Shown one piece after another: positions 36,636-46,396 of a DNA stretch of 64,000 bases; the stretch's first letter is position 1; every line of letters begins with the position of its first letter. Both the position numbers and the translations under genes were made by a program. Source of the stretch: Candidatus Kapaibacterium sp. (GTDB lineage: Bacteria; Bacteroidota; Ignavibacteria; Kapaibacteriales; Kapaibacteriaceae); contig JALHPC010000009.1 of assembly GCA_022842685.1 (NCBI GenBank), positions 5,353 to 69,352 on the forward strand, read 5' to 3'. Below the pieces are notes generated by a model. It was not told where the DNA came from, ran no database searches, and saw only the letters and a list, made by a program, of their open reading frames with translations.

Positions 36636-39600
36636 ATGGGGCAAAACTTGTTATCACGTCATTATCGAGCCGCTGCTTCGGCTACCATCTTCGCATACCT
36701 TATGGTATGTGTATTTGGGATAGTGCACGCACAGGATTCTTTCAGACCGTACATATTTCGTACCCTAGGCAATGCCTCACCTGGAATGTACATGCTTAGT
36801 CCTCCATCGCAGGACTCTGGAGCGTTTCTCGATCACGGTGGTCAATGGCGCTGGCGATTTCCAGCCGAGCGGCTAACAAACTTTCAACAGCATTCCGACG
36901 GTTCCTACACTGGCTTTACCATGGCCAATACGTTCACTCGGTGGAACAGTAGCATGGTAGAACAGGGAGTTCTCGCAGCCGACGGATTCGACACCGACTT
37001 CCACGATGTCAAGGTGATTGCTGGCGGAAAGTACCTGGTGTTAGGTGTCGAGTACAGACCTGTAGACATGTCGAAGGTGGTGACAGGCGGTCTAACCGAT
37101 GCTGTTATAATGGGTCTTGTTGTACAAGAGCGTACGTTTGACGGTCAAACAACATGGACTTGGAAGTCACTCGACCACATTCCTGTAACAGATGCTACGA
37201 GCGACATCAATTTACGGCAGAGTGTTATCGACTACATCCATGCCAATTCGCTTTGGCAAGATACTGATGGCAACATTCTTATATCGTGCCGACATCTAGA
37301 CGAAGTCATCAAGGTTAACCGCACCACCGGAGCGGTGATGTGGCGCTGGGGTGGATCGGGGTCGAAGGGCAATCAGTTTACGTGGCTGAACGACACGAAA
37401 GACGGTTTCACGGGGTTTTCGCATCAGCACACCGTGCAGCGTTTAGCCGACGGTACGATTTTGATGTTTGACAATGGAAATCTGCGTCCCGGCGCCATCT
37501 CGCGAGCGGTCAAATATCGAATCAACGAGGCCACGAAAACCGCTGAGCGAATTTGGGAATACGATCGCTTCGCGTCTGTTGTCTCGCAATCAATGGGAAG
37601 CGCAGAGGAGTTACCTAACGGTAACATCCTTGTTGGCTGGGGCAACAACTCATCTGGACTTGTTCTCACCGAGGTCACTCCCGCGGGTGATGTCGTAGCG
37701 GAAGTCGTTGCTGAGCCCGGCTATCCTTCCAGTTCGTATCGTGTGTCAAAAACGCAGTTTTCTATGGTGGGAGCCCAACGAAGCATCACAACGTCGGGCA
37801 CGTTCGCATTCGATCGTAACGGTGAATCTGTAGGTGCAACGCTCACCATCCAGACTCCTGTGACAGCAACAGTTACGATAGAACGGCACCGTAATCTTTC
37901 TGCACTCACAGCCACACCGAATCCCGAACCGTGTAGGTACCTTCCTATACGTTGGACTGTTCGGGCACAAACGAGCGGTCAGATAACTGGAGCTCTCACG
38001 TTCTCCTTAGCCGATGCAACATGGCTTTCCGACGTTACCGCCATTGTGATGTACAATCGGGCAGTCGAAGGCAATGGTCAGTGGGCAAAGGTTCAGGGAA
38101 CGTACAACGAGGCAACGAAGACATTCTCTACAAGTGCCTTTGCTGTTGGCGAGTACATGGTAGCTTCCGAGGTATGCCTTACACCATCGTTACGCGAACC
38201 ATTCCCAGGGAAACAACGAGTGCCCCTTTCAGCTCGATTGGAGTGGACGGCTGCACAGAACGACCGAGGGTATGAAGTTGTGGTTGCTACAGCTCCGACG
38301 TTTGTCGCTGGAAGTGTTGTGTTTGGGGATACGGTTACCGCTCTCGTTACGACAACTTCGAAGCTTGGGTCGCTATCAACGTATTACTGGCGAGTACGGG
38401 CACTGAGAAATGCCGGACCGGGTGAATGGTCGACAACTGGTTGGTTTAAGACGACGATTGACGTTCCTACGATGGTTCAGCCGTTGATTCGCAAGTCTGA
38501 CACCGTTGCGTTCATTCCTTCGTCGGGTTTCGTTTGGACGAGCGTAGCGTTTGCAAATCGGTATCAGATTCGTGTGTTTCGCGCTACTGATACAACGACC
38601 GCCCTACTTGACCGAACTGTTACTAGCACGTCCGACGTAGTCTCGCAATTGGAACCTAACACGTGGCACTTCTGGCAGGTACGCTCTGTAGCAGACTCGA
38701 TTACGAGTCAGTGGTCGCCCCTCTCGCTGTTTATCACGGCACCAAGTGTTCCTGTGTTACTCGCCCCACGCGACTCTTCGCAAGGTCTGCCGCGCGAAGG
38801 TTTGCCTGTGGCGTGGCGCTCTGTAGTTGGTGCGAGTGGATACGACGTACGAGTATCGGTTGGATCAACGTCTGAGGTTGTTTTCAATAGAAAGATCACC
38901 GACACCGTGGCAACCATGCCACTGCTTCTGTTCGATACCACCTACGTGTGGGCAATCCGTGCAGTGGGTGCTTACGGACCGGGCCTATGGAGTCGTGAGC
39001 ATACGTTTAGAACGATTGCGCGGGATGTATTTCCACCAGCTGTGCTGGTGTCGCCGTTGCCCCTTGATGTAGTAGATAAGAGCGAAGTACTCCTTCAGTG
39101 GCACCATCCGAAGGCAGCTGGTTTTGTGGTAAACGTGTTTGAATCCGAGGATTCCGAAAGTCCTATTTGGACGACGTCGACCGTTGAGAAGTCAGCTACG
39201 ATACCGTCGGGCTTTCTTGTAAACGACGTGCCGTATTACTGGTCGGTCACGTCAACGAATTCAACAGGGGAAGTAAGCGAAACGGAGCGATGGTCGTTCA
39301 CCGTTAGCGTACCGCCAGTGGTGGTGGTAGGTTTGAATGCCGTGTTTCCCCGTGATGGTGCCATCGACGTGCCTGTGGAAGGCGATTTGATCTGGGCCGC
39401 TGATTCACGGTCGAGCAGCTACCGTGTTCAGGTGTTTGACCAAACTGGATCGGCTGTGCTGTCCATGACCGTTGGTGATACTACGTTGGGCTACACCGGA
39501 CTGCGCCGTGGCGGGCGGTATACGTGGCGCGTGATTGGGATCCGTGGTGACGAGCCGGTTGACACAAGCGACGTAGCTTCTTTCACGACCGTTTTGCCCG

Positions 39601-39851
39601 TAACCAGTGTAGACGAGACTGTCGCTGACGCATCTGGTGCTGTTCTATGGAGTGGGTCTGCTTTCCAGATTGTCGAACCTGTCTCACATCACCAGACTGT
39701 TACCGTTTGCAACATTGCTGGTACGACGGTGGGGTATTATGCCACGAACCAGTGGATCGATGCACAGGGATTTCCCCCTGGAGCATATGCAATCCAGTGG
39801 GGCGAACATCCAAAGCAACGGACGATTATCTACTGGGGTGGGAAACGATAG
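36636..39851 (+). CDS. Secreted ASST (aryl-sulfate sulfotransferase)-like beta-propeller protein with multiple FN3-like repeats and a T9SS C-terminal sorting domain (paralog 1)
   Basis: Signal peptide. Propeller motifs HDVKVIAGGKYLVLGVEYR, IHANSLWQDTDGNILISCRHLDEVIKVNRTTGAVMWRWGG, FSHQHTVQRLADGTILMFDNGN. Repeated WxxVxxAxxYxVxV FN3-like units. C-terminal beta-sandwich sorting-domain-like tail. Confidence 0.55.
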   Translation: MGQNLLSRHYRAAASATIFAYLMVCVFGIVHAQDSFRPYIFRTLGNASPGMYMLSPPSQDSGAFLDHGGQWRWRFPAERLTNFQQHSDGSYTGFTMANTFTRWNSSMVEQGVLAADGFDTDFHDVKVIAGGKYLVLGVEYRPVDMSKVVTGGLTDAVIMGLVVQERTFDGQTTWTWKSLDHIPVTDATSDINLRQSVIDYIHANSLWQDTDGNILISCRHLDEVIKVNRTTGAVMWRWGGSGSKGNQFTWLNDTKDGFTGFSHQHTVQRLADGTILMFDNGNLRPGAISRAVKYRINEATKTAERIWEYDRFASVVSQSMGSAEELPNGNILVGWGNNSSGLVLTEVTPAGDVVAEVVAEPGYPSSSYRVSKTQFSMVGAQRSITTSGTFAFDRNGESVGATLTIQTPVTATVTIERHRNLSALTATPNPEPCRYLPIRWTVRAQTSGQITGALTFSLADATWLSDVTAIVMYNRAVEGNGQWAKVQGTYNEATKTFSTSAFAVGEYMVASEVCLTPSLREPFPGKQRVPLSARLEWTAAQNDRGYEVVVATAPTFVAGSVVFGDTVTALVTTTSKLGSLSTYYWRVRALRNAGPGEWSTTGWFKTTIDVPTMVQPLIRKSDTVAFIPSSGFVWTSVAFANRYQIRVFRATDTTTALLDRTVTSTSDVVSQLEPNTWHFWQVRSVADSITSQWSPLSLFITAPSVPVLLAPRDSSQGLPREGLPVAWRSVVGASGYDVRVSVGSTSEVVFNRKITDTVATMPLLLFDTTYVWAIRAVGAYGPGLWSREHTFRTIARDVFPPAVLVSPLPLDVVDKSEVLLQWHHPKAAGFVVNVFESEDSESPIWTTSTVEKSATIPSGFLVNDVPYYWSVTSTNSTGEVSETERWSFTVSVPPVVVVGLNAVFPRDGAIDVPVEGDLIWAADSRSSSYRVQVFDQTGSAVLSMTVGDTTLGYTGLRRGGRYTWRVIGIRGDEPVDTSDVASFTTVLPVTSVDETVADASGAVLWSGSAFQIVEPVSHHQTVTVCNIAGTTVGYYATNQWIDAQGFPPGAYAIQWGEHPKQRTIIYWGGKR

Positions 39852-39931
39852 CGGCAACCACGTTGCTCGATACCGGGGCCTTGTTGTGGATAACTGTAAC
39901 TTCTTACGCTGATTCTGGTTATGTGGGTCTT

Positions 39932-42900
39932 ATGACTGGTGCTCCTGTGCTGCGATGTGTACTATCGCTCGTGTTTGTTTACGTGTTGGCTACGTCGGTG
40001 GTGTTTGCGCAGTCGTTCACTCCAGTACAGTTTCGGCTAATGGGCAATGCCTCGCCTGGATACATCATGATTGATACGCCGCTGTCTGATTCTGCGGCAT
40101 TTTTGGATCACTCAGGCAACTGGTTACATCGTTTTGCCGCCAAGTCACTTACAAACTTCCAAGTTCAGCCAGACGGAACGATTTCTGCGTTTGTTGATGA
40201 TGAGAAGTTCGTGCTGTGGAACTCCTCCTTCGAAAAAGTAGCAGAGTTATCTGCAGACGGATATCCTACGGATTACCATGATGTAAAGGTATTACCAGGC
40301 AACAAGTATCTCGTGCTTGGCATAGAATATCGCACGGTTGATCTTTCTACTGTAGTTGTCGGGGGACGAAAGGATGCGCTTGTTAAGGGCTTCGTCTTAC
40401 AGGAGCGAACGTTCTCGGGTCAGACGTTATGGTCGTGGAAGTTTTTGGACCACGTATCTGTAGAAGACGCAACAGAGGACATCGATCTAACCCAACGCAC
40501 TGTTAGCCCAATTCACGTAAACTACATCTACGTGGATACGGATGGCAACATCATGTTGTCGTGTCGACATCTCGACCGCATCATCAAAGTGAATCGTCAG
40601 ACTGGCGCGATCATGTGGAACCTGGGGGGATCGAAGGCGCGAAAGAACGACTTTACCTGGGTAAACGATACTCGAGATGGATTCACTGGATTCTCTCATC
40701 AGCATTGCATGTCGCGTACGGCATCTGGCGAGTTGATACTGTTTGACAACGCAAACTTGAATCCGCGTCAAGTGTCTCGCGCAGTTATCTATCGCATGAA
40801 CGAGACAGCACGCACGATTGAACGTATTTGGCAATATGAACATCCGTTCGAGGTTTTTAGTGGATCCATGGGCAGCGCTGTCGAGCAACCCAATGGTAAC
40901 ATCCTGATATCATGGGGTAACAACCTTGCAGGCGCCCTAATTTCTGAGGTAACAAGGAGCGGCGAACTGGTTATGGACTTGTTTTCGCCTACGACCAATG
41001 GTTTTCAGTCGTACCGTGCCGACAAACTGCTCTTCCGTATGGCCGGAGCTCAACGTACTGTCGCATCGCCCTCGACAACAGAGTTCGTGGGTTCAACCGG
41101 GTCGACGAACCTTTCTCTTACTGCTACGTCAGTCACGCGGTCGACCGTCGTTACTGTAGAGCGACACAAATCAGAACGTCCTTTTGGTTTCTTACCTAAC
41201 CCAGAACCATGCCGCTATCTGCCAGTTCGTTGGTGCATACGCGCTTCGGATAATGAGGCAATCAAGGGTACACTGAAGTTGTCGCTGGGCGCTGTACCTG
41301 ACCTCGAAGACGTAACCGAGGTTATTGTGTACCACCGGGCCGTCGAAGGAGCGGGCATGTGGAACGTCGTACAAGGAACGTTTAACGAAACTTCGAAGGA
41401 GTTTACGACGACCGCCTTTGCTACGGGCGAATATGTTGTTGGATCTCGCGTGTGTTTCGTTCCGAGACTCTTGGAACCTGTGTTTGGTCAGGATCGTGTT
41501 GCGCCGAACGCTCGCTTAGCGTGGTCGACTGCAAAGAATACTAAGGGCTACCAAGTCCAACTTGCTACTTCTACCTCGTTTTCACCTGCATCTATCGTTC
41601 TGGATGTAACTACGAAGGATCTTCAAGTTGCAACGCCTCTGCTAGAGTCGTTAACTGAATATGCTTGGAGAGTCCGTGCCCTGAATGATGCTGGCCCCGG
41701 TGACTGGTCACAAGTAGGGCGATTTCGAACAACTGTTGGTCGTCCAGTACTGGTAAGCCCAGCATTCAACGGCCGAGATACCATTTCCGTACCCACAGAT
41801 GCCGCCTTACAGTGGACGCCGGTGAACAGAGCCAATGTCTACCGAGTTCGGATACGACAAGTGGGTATGCCATATGCTGATGTGTTCGTTGACACAACGG
41901 CACTCACAGGGTCGACGGTTCGTGGACTTAAACCAAACACGTGGTATACGTGGCAGGTTCAAGCGGCTAATGACACTATTTCGGGTGGCTGGAGCGACGA
42001 GGCACTGTTCTTTACGTCACCCGCTGCGCCAACTGGAATGCTGCCTCAACACCGCAGTTCGAATTTGGATCACCGCTATGTACGTTGTACGTGGCTGAAG
42101 TCGGCAGCAGCTAGCCGCTACGAAATTCGGGTCGCCATCGCAGGTCAGAATACGTTTATCGTGAATCGTGAAGTCTCCGACACCACGCTTCTGCTTCCTC
42201 AGCTTACGCCCGATGTATCGTACGTATGGACCGTTCGGTCCATAGGCAAGTTTGGGCGTAGTGTTTGGAGTCGTGAATTACAGTTTTCAACGGCACCCGT
42301 AACTGAACTAGGCAACGCCCTACTGCAACTGCCACGACCTGCCGAGGTTGTTACAACTGCCTTCATCGATTTGACGTGGTATCTTCCCTCTGCACAACGT
42401 TTCAACCTGTATCTCAGCCGCGACTCCAACGGCACAGATGTTATCTACAATGTTGAGTCTACGTCCGATACCAATCACACCATTCAGCAAGGGGCATTGG
42501 TCAACAACACAGTGTATTACTGGTGGGTTGTTGCTTTCGACGTTGCGTCGGGGAAAACGAGTATCTCCGAACGGAGGAGCTTTGAATACCGCTATGCAGG
42601 ACCAGTCGTTGTTGGTCTACGACCAGTTGCTCCGTTCAACGGACAGCAACAAGTCCCCGTTGAAGGTCAGCTCGTTTGGACCAAAGACTCACGCGTGATG
42701 TCTTATCGAGTACAAATGTTCGATGATAAAAACGAAACCGTATTGTCGCTAGTGGTTTCAGACACAGCTACGGAGTACATTGGCTTAAGGCGCGGCGCTC
42801 AGTACACTTGGCGGGTGCTAGGTATCAATGCTGACGGCGTTCTCGATAGTGGTTCCGTCGCACGGTTTACCACCGTACCACCGGTCGTGAATAGTGTTTC

Positions 42901-43147
42901 GGACGACTCGTTCGATAATCTTCGCGTTGCCCATGATACCCACGCCGAAACGTTGAGCTTCGTTGGACTAGATGGATTTACCACATTGACGGTTGACTTC
43001 TATACCGTGATCGGGCAACTAGTGTCGCGGTTGTATGGGGTTTCTAACGTACCGATACCTATTTCGTCGTTACCCAATGGTGCATATCTTGGTGTAATTC
43101 GTTCTACGTCGCTTCCGCGACCGTTTGTCTTCTCGATTACGAAGTAG
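39932..43147 (+). CDS. ASST-like beta-propeller / FN3-repeat / T9SS sorting-domain protein (paralog 2)
   Basis: Same architecture and length (1071 aa) as paralog 1. Start moved to MTGAPVLRCVLSLVFVYVLATSVVFAQ to remove a 200-nt overlap. Ends ...TVDFYTVIGQLVSRLYGVSNVPIPISSLPNGAYLGVIRSTS, which is T9SS sorting-domain-like. Confidence 0.55.
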   Translation: MTGAPVLRCVLSLVFVYVLATSVVFAQSFTPVQFRLMGNASPGYIMIDTPLSDSAAFLDHSGNWLHRFAAKSLTNFQVQPDGTISAFVDDEKFVLWNSSFEKVAELSADGYPTDYHDVKVLPGNKYLVLGIEYRTVDLSTVVVGGRKDALVKGFVLQERTFSGQTLWSWKFLDHVSVEDATEDIDLTQRTVSPIHVNYIYVDTDGNIMLSCRHLDRIIKVNRQTGAIMWNLGGSKARKNDFTWVNDTRDGFTGFSHQHCMSRTASGELILFDNANLNPRQVSRAVIYRMNETARTIERIWQYEHPFEVFSGSMGSAVEQPNGNILISWGNNLAGALISEVTRSGELVMDLFSPTTNGFQSYRADKLLFRMAGAQRTVASPSTTEFVGSTGSTNLSLTATSVTRSTVVTVERHKSERPFGFLPNPEPCRYLPVRWCIRASDNEAIKGTLKLSLGAVPDLEDVTEVIVYHRAVEGAGMWNVVQGTFNETSKEFTTTAFATGEYVVGSRVCFVPRLLEPVFGQDRVAPNARLAWSTAKNTKGYQVQLATSTSFSPASIVLDVTTKDLQVATPLLESLTEYAWRVRALNDAGPGDWSQVGRFRTTVGRPVLVSPAFNGRDTISVPTDAALQWTPVNRANVYRVRIRQVGMPYADVFVDTTALTGSTVRGLKPNTWYTWQVQAANDTISGGWSDEALFFTSPAAPTGMLPQHRSSNLDHRYVRCTWLKSAAASRYEIRVAIAGQNTFIVNREVSDTTLLLPQLTPDVSYVWTVRSIGKFGRSVWSRELQFSTAPVTELGNALLQLPRPAEVVTTAFIDLTWYLPSAQRFNLYLSRDSNGTDVIYNVESTSDTNHTIQQGALVNNTVYYWWVVAFDVASGKTSISERRSFEYRYAGPVVVGLRPVAPFNGQQQVPVEGQLVWTKDSRVMSYRVQMFDDKNETVLSLVVSDTATEYIGLRRGAQYTWRVLGINADGVLDSGSVARFTTVPPVVNSVSDDSFDNLRVAHDTHAETLSFVGLDGFTTLTVDFYTVIGQLVSRLYGVSNVPIPISSLPNGAYLGVIRSTSLPRPFVFSITK

Positions 43148-43156
43148 TACGCCTAC

Positions 43157-46100
43157 ATGCGCACGGATTTGTTTGCTTGTACCCGTAGAATTATAGCGGG
43201 CTTACTACTGTCTCTCGCACCAGGTGTGTTATCTGGCCAGGTTAACTTTCCCTTACCTATACGCAACGTTTCCGCTTCAGCGCCGGGTTATTTTCTATTC
43301 GAAGTACCCACGCTCGACTCGACGGTCCTTATCGATCACGCAGGTTATCCACGTCGGGCATGGAATGTTCGCAACGGCCGAACACCTAAGCTCCAGGCAG
43401 ATGGCACGATTTCGCTGTACTATACCGACAACTACTATACGCTGTTTTCTCCAGACGGAGACTCCCTGGCCCGCCTAAGCGCCGAACCCTATACGACGGA
43501 CTTTCATGATGTAACCACGCTTGCAAACGGCCGGTACTTGGTTCTGGCGCGAAACGAGCGAGTGGTTGATCTTTCGACAGAGATTCCCGGAGCAAGCAAG
43601 AACGCAGCTGTTATAGAGGCCGTCGTTCTTGAAAAGGACTTCGAAGGAAGAACACACTTCGAGTGGAAATCTCTTGACCATATCACGACGTCTCAGTCGG
43701 CGCTACCTGATGAGCTGTTGCGCAACAACCGAGTCAACTACTTCCACGCAAACTCGGTCATTAAGGATTCCGATGGCAACATTCTGTTGAGTTCTAGAAA
43801 TCTGTGCGAGATTGTTAAGATCAACAGATCAACTGGCCAAGTTATGTGGCGCCTAGGCGGTACCTCCTCTAAAGGGAACATGTTCCGTTGGCTCAATGAC
43901 ACGATTGCGGGTTTCGTCGGGTTCTCTCAACAACATTCGATCAGCAGAACGAAGAACGGAGATCTTTTACTGTTTGACAACGGCAACCATAGACAGCGTC
44001 CGTATTCACGCGCCATCATTTTGCGTATCGATGAAGCGGCGAAAACAGTCGAACGCATCTGGCAATACACCCATCCCGATAGCGTGTTTGCTGAGACCAT
44101 GGGTAGCGCCGTCGAACTTGCTGGCGGCAATATCCTCGTAGGTTGGGGTAACAATCGAGACGGACAGATTTTCAGCGAAGTGTCACGCCAGGGTGATGTC
44201 GTGGTAGAAATGCCAGCAACCGAGCGCATTACGAGTACGTATCGAATCGACAAGGTGACATCTTCGACTACGGCATTCGAAGGCAATGTAGAACCCAGCT
44301 CGCAGTTCGTCTCTCTTTCGAATGTTGGTGTTTCCGTTCGTGTCACACCACCTTCCTCCAGTGTACGTGTTGTAGCTGAGCGCCACTTCGAATTTAGTCC
44401 GTTTGGTACTCGGCCTGACCCTCTTCCTTGCCGAATTGCACCAGTGCGGTGGACATTACGCTCTGCTCGCTCTACGATAGGCGCTGGCAAGATGAGGTTT
44501 TCAAGGCGTATTATTTCCAGCACCGTTGACGCTCAGAGGATATTCGTTTATCATCGTCCACAAGAAGGCACTGGAACGTGGAGACGCATGCCGGGGCGTT
44601 GGTTAGCCGCTTCTGATGAATTCGAGATTGATACGATACTCTCAGGAGAGTTCATCGCCGGTGTAGAGGAGTGTTTGATTCCTGAGTTGCGCAGTCCCAT
44701 CATTGGTGAACCACGCGTATCGCAACCCGTCGCATTTTCGTGGTCTGACGCTCTCAACGATGAGGGTTATCGACTTCAAGTATCCATGGATTCGTTATTC
44801 CTTTCGAATTCGATTGTAGTCGACACCGTAACGACATCATCACAGACCTTGCTGCGCAGGAGTTTACCTGGTGGTGCTCGGTTCTTCTGGCGCGTATCAT
44901 CGATACGAAACCAAGGAGAGAAAGCCTGGTCGGCAACGGGGCACTTTACGACACGACTCTTGCCACCGACGAATGTACAACCAGGTACAACTATTCCGCA
45001 ATCACCATCCGAGCCGTGGCCTGTGCTATTCTCATGGGATCGCGCCACTGGTAATCAATCTTGGGAGGTGGCCATATGGAGTGGGGGCGATACTACTTCC
45101 GCTCATCCCCCTGTCTACAGTATTCGCACCACAGAAAATGCACTCAGTGATTTGCCACTTGTTACTTCACGGACACAGTTTTTCTGGTCTGTGAGGTCAA
45201 TACGTAATGGCGACACGAGTGCCTGGTCACCAAGGTACCAGTTCACAACGAGCATCGAACACCCGCGAAGACTATATCCTGAACAATCGGTGGTCAACAT
45301 CGATCCGAACGCTGCCCTTGTGTTCTGGTCGGCTGTGCCTGGCGCGTCGGGTTACCTACTACGTTGCCATGATGTGAGCGGCACGACTATTCTAGAACGT
45401 GAAGTGATTGACACAGTATTTACTTTACCGAAGTTCACCGCCAATGGACCTGTACGATTTCAGGTTAGCGCTTTCGATGGTAATGGGTCAAGCCGTCCCA
45501 TCACTTCTGATGTACTGTCTTTTGCAGTATCGGCTAATGTCTCGGCACCCATCCTTGTATCACCCTGGCACACCGACACACTACAGCCAAACGCTCCGCA
45601 ATTCACGTGGTTTGCATCATCGCCCGATCGTTCCGAGCTTATTATTGCCGCGGATAGTTCACTTTCTAATATTGTTTATCGTTCATTGTCACCAGAGTCT
45701 GCTCATTCCCTTCCGAATTCTCTCGTCCTACCGTATGGTCGGTATTTTTGGGCTGTTGTATCTAATCGTGAAGGGGGCACTGACGTAACGTCGGAAGTAC
45801 GTTCGTTCACGTATTCACCGATCTCCCGACCCCGGCCGATGCGCGCCATATCCCCGACCGATGGAGCACGACAAGTGCCAATTCAGGGTAACATTCGATT
45901 CCACTCCGATTCGCGATGCGATGAGTATCGGCTTCAGATTTACGACTCAACGGGAGCCCGCGTCTACATCAATTCTTCGCGTGATACAACGATTGGATAT
46001 GCGGGATTACTTCAGGCGACAACGTACCGTTGGCACGTGATTGGGGAGTTTGCATCGGCGATCGTAGACACAAGTGCACTTTATACCTTTCGGACGTTTG

Positions 46101-46357
46101 ACCCTGCTGTCTCGGTAGGCGAATCGCACGTAGGTGACCGTGAGAATACGATAGACGTTACGACATCTAACGGTACGATTATCGTTGAAGGCAGCTTTGC
46201 TGTTGCCACAGTGCAAACGTTCGATGTGTTAGGAAGGCAGATAGGTTCGCAACACATCATTCAACCCGGTGCACCGGTCTATGTTCGCTCAGGCGTTGCC
46301 CTTGTTGTGGTGCGTTGTGGTGATGTTACACATCGACAGATTGTATCCATTCCTTAA
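43157..46357 (+). CDS. ASST-like beta-propeller / FN3-repeat / T9SS sorting-domain protein (paralog 3)
   Basis: Same motifs (FHANSVIKDSDGNILLSSRNLCEIVKINRSTGQVMWRLGG, FSQQHSISRTKNGDLLLFDNGN). C-terminal tail TFDVLGRQIGSQHIIQPGAPVYVRSGVALVVV. Confidence 0.55.
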   Translation: MRTDLFACTRRIIAGLLLSLAPGVLSGQVNFPLPIRNVSASAPGYFLFEVPTLDSTVLIDHAGYPRRAWNVRNGRTPKLQADGTISLYYTDNYYTLFSPDGDSLARLSAEPYTTDFHDVTTLANGRYLVLARNERVVDLSTEIPGASKNAAVIEAVVLEKDFEGRTHFEWKSLDHITTSQSALPDELLRNNRVNYFHANSVIKDSDGNILLSSRNLCEIVKINRSTGQVMWRLGGTSSKGNMFRWLNDTIAGFVGFSQQHSISRTKNGDLLLFDNGNHRQRPYSRAIILRIDEAAKTVERIWQYTHPDSVFAETMGSAVELAGGNILVGWGNNRDGQIFSEVSRQGDVVVEMPATERITSTYRIDKVTSSTTAFEGNVEPSSQFVSLSNVGVSVRVTPPSSSVRVVAERHFEFSPFGTRPDPLPCRIAPVRWTLRSARSTIGAGKMRFSRRIISSTVDAQRIFVYHRPQEGTGTWRRMPGRWLAASDEFEIDTILSGEFIAGVEECLIPELRSPIIGEPRVSQPVAFSWSDALNDEGYRLQVSMDSLFLSNSIVVDTVTTSSQTLLRRSLPGGARFFWRVSSIRNQGEKAWSATGHFTTRLLPPTNVQPGTTIPQSPSEPWPVLFSWDRATGNQSWEVAIWSGGDTTSAHPPVYSIRTTENALSDLPLVTSRTQFFWSVRSIRNGDTSAWSPRYQFTTSIEHPRRLYPEQSVVNIDPNAALVFWSAVPGASGYLLRCHDVSGTTILEREVIDTVFTLPKFTANGPVRFQVSAFDGNGSSRPITSDVLSFAVSANVSAPILVSPWHTDTLQPNAPQFTWFASSPDRSELIIAADSSLSNIVYRSLSPESAHSLPNSLVLPYGRYFWAVVSNREGGTDVTSEVRSFTYSPISRPRPMRAISPTDGARQVPIQGNIRFHSDSRCDEYRLQIYDSTGARVYINSSRDTTIGYAGLLQATTYRWHVIGEFASAIVDTSALYTFRTFDPAVSVGESHVGDRENTIDVTTSNGTIIVEGSFAVATVQTFDVLGRQIGSQHIIQPGAPVYVRSGVALVVVRCGDVTHRQIVSIP

Positions 46358-46396
46358 GAATGGCATGAATTCGAGACGCGTTGTCTAGCAAGGTCG

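Noticed and set aside
39647-39931. Upstream start of ASST paralog 2 overlapping paralog 1 by about 200 nt
   Set aside because: The Cys/Trp-rich extension is atypical. An in-frame Met at 39932 gives a proper signal peptide and the same length as paralog 1.
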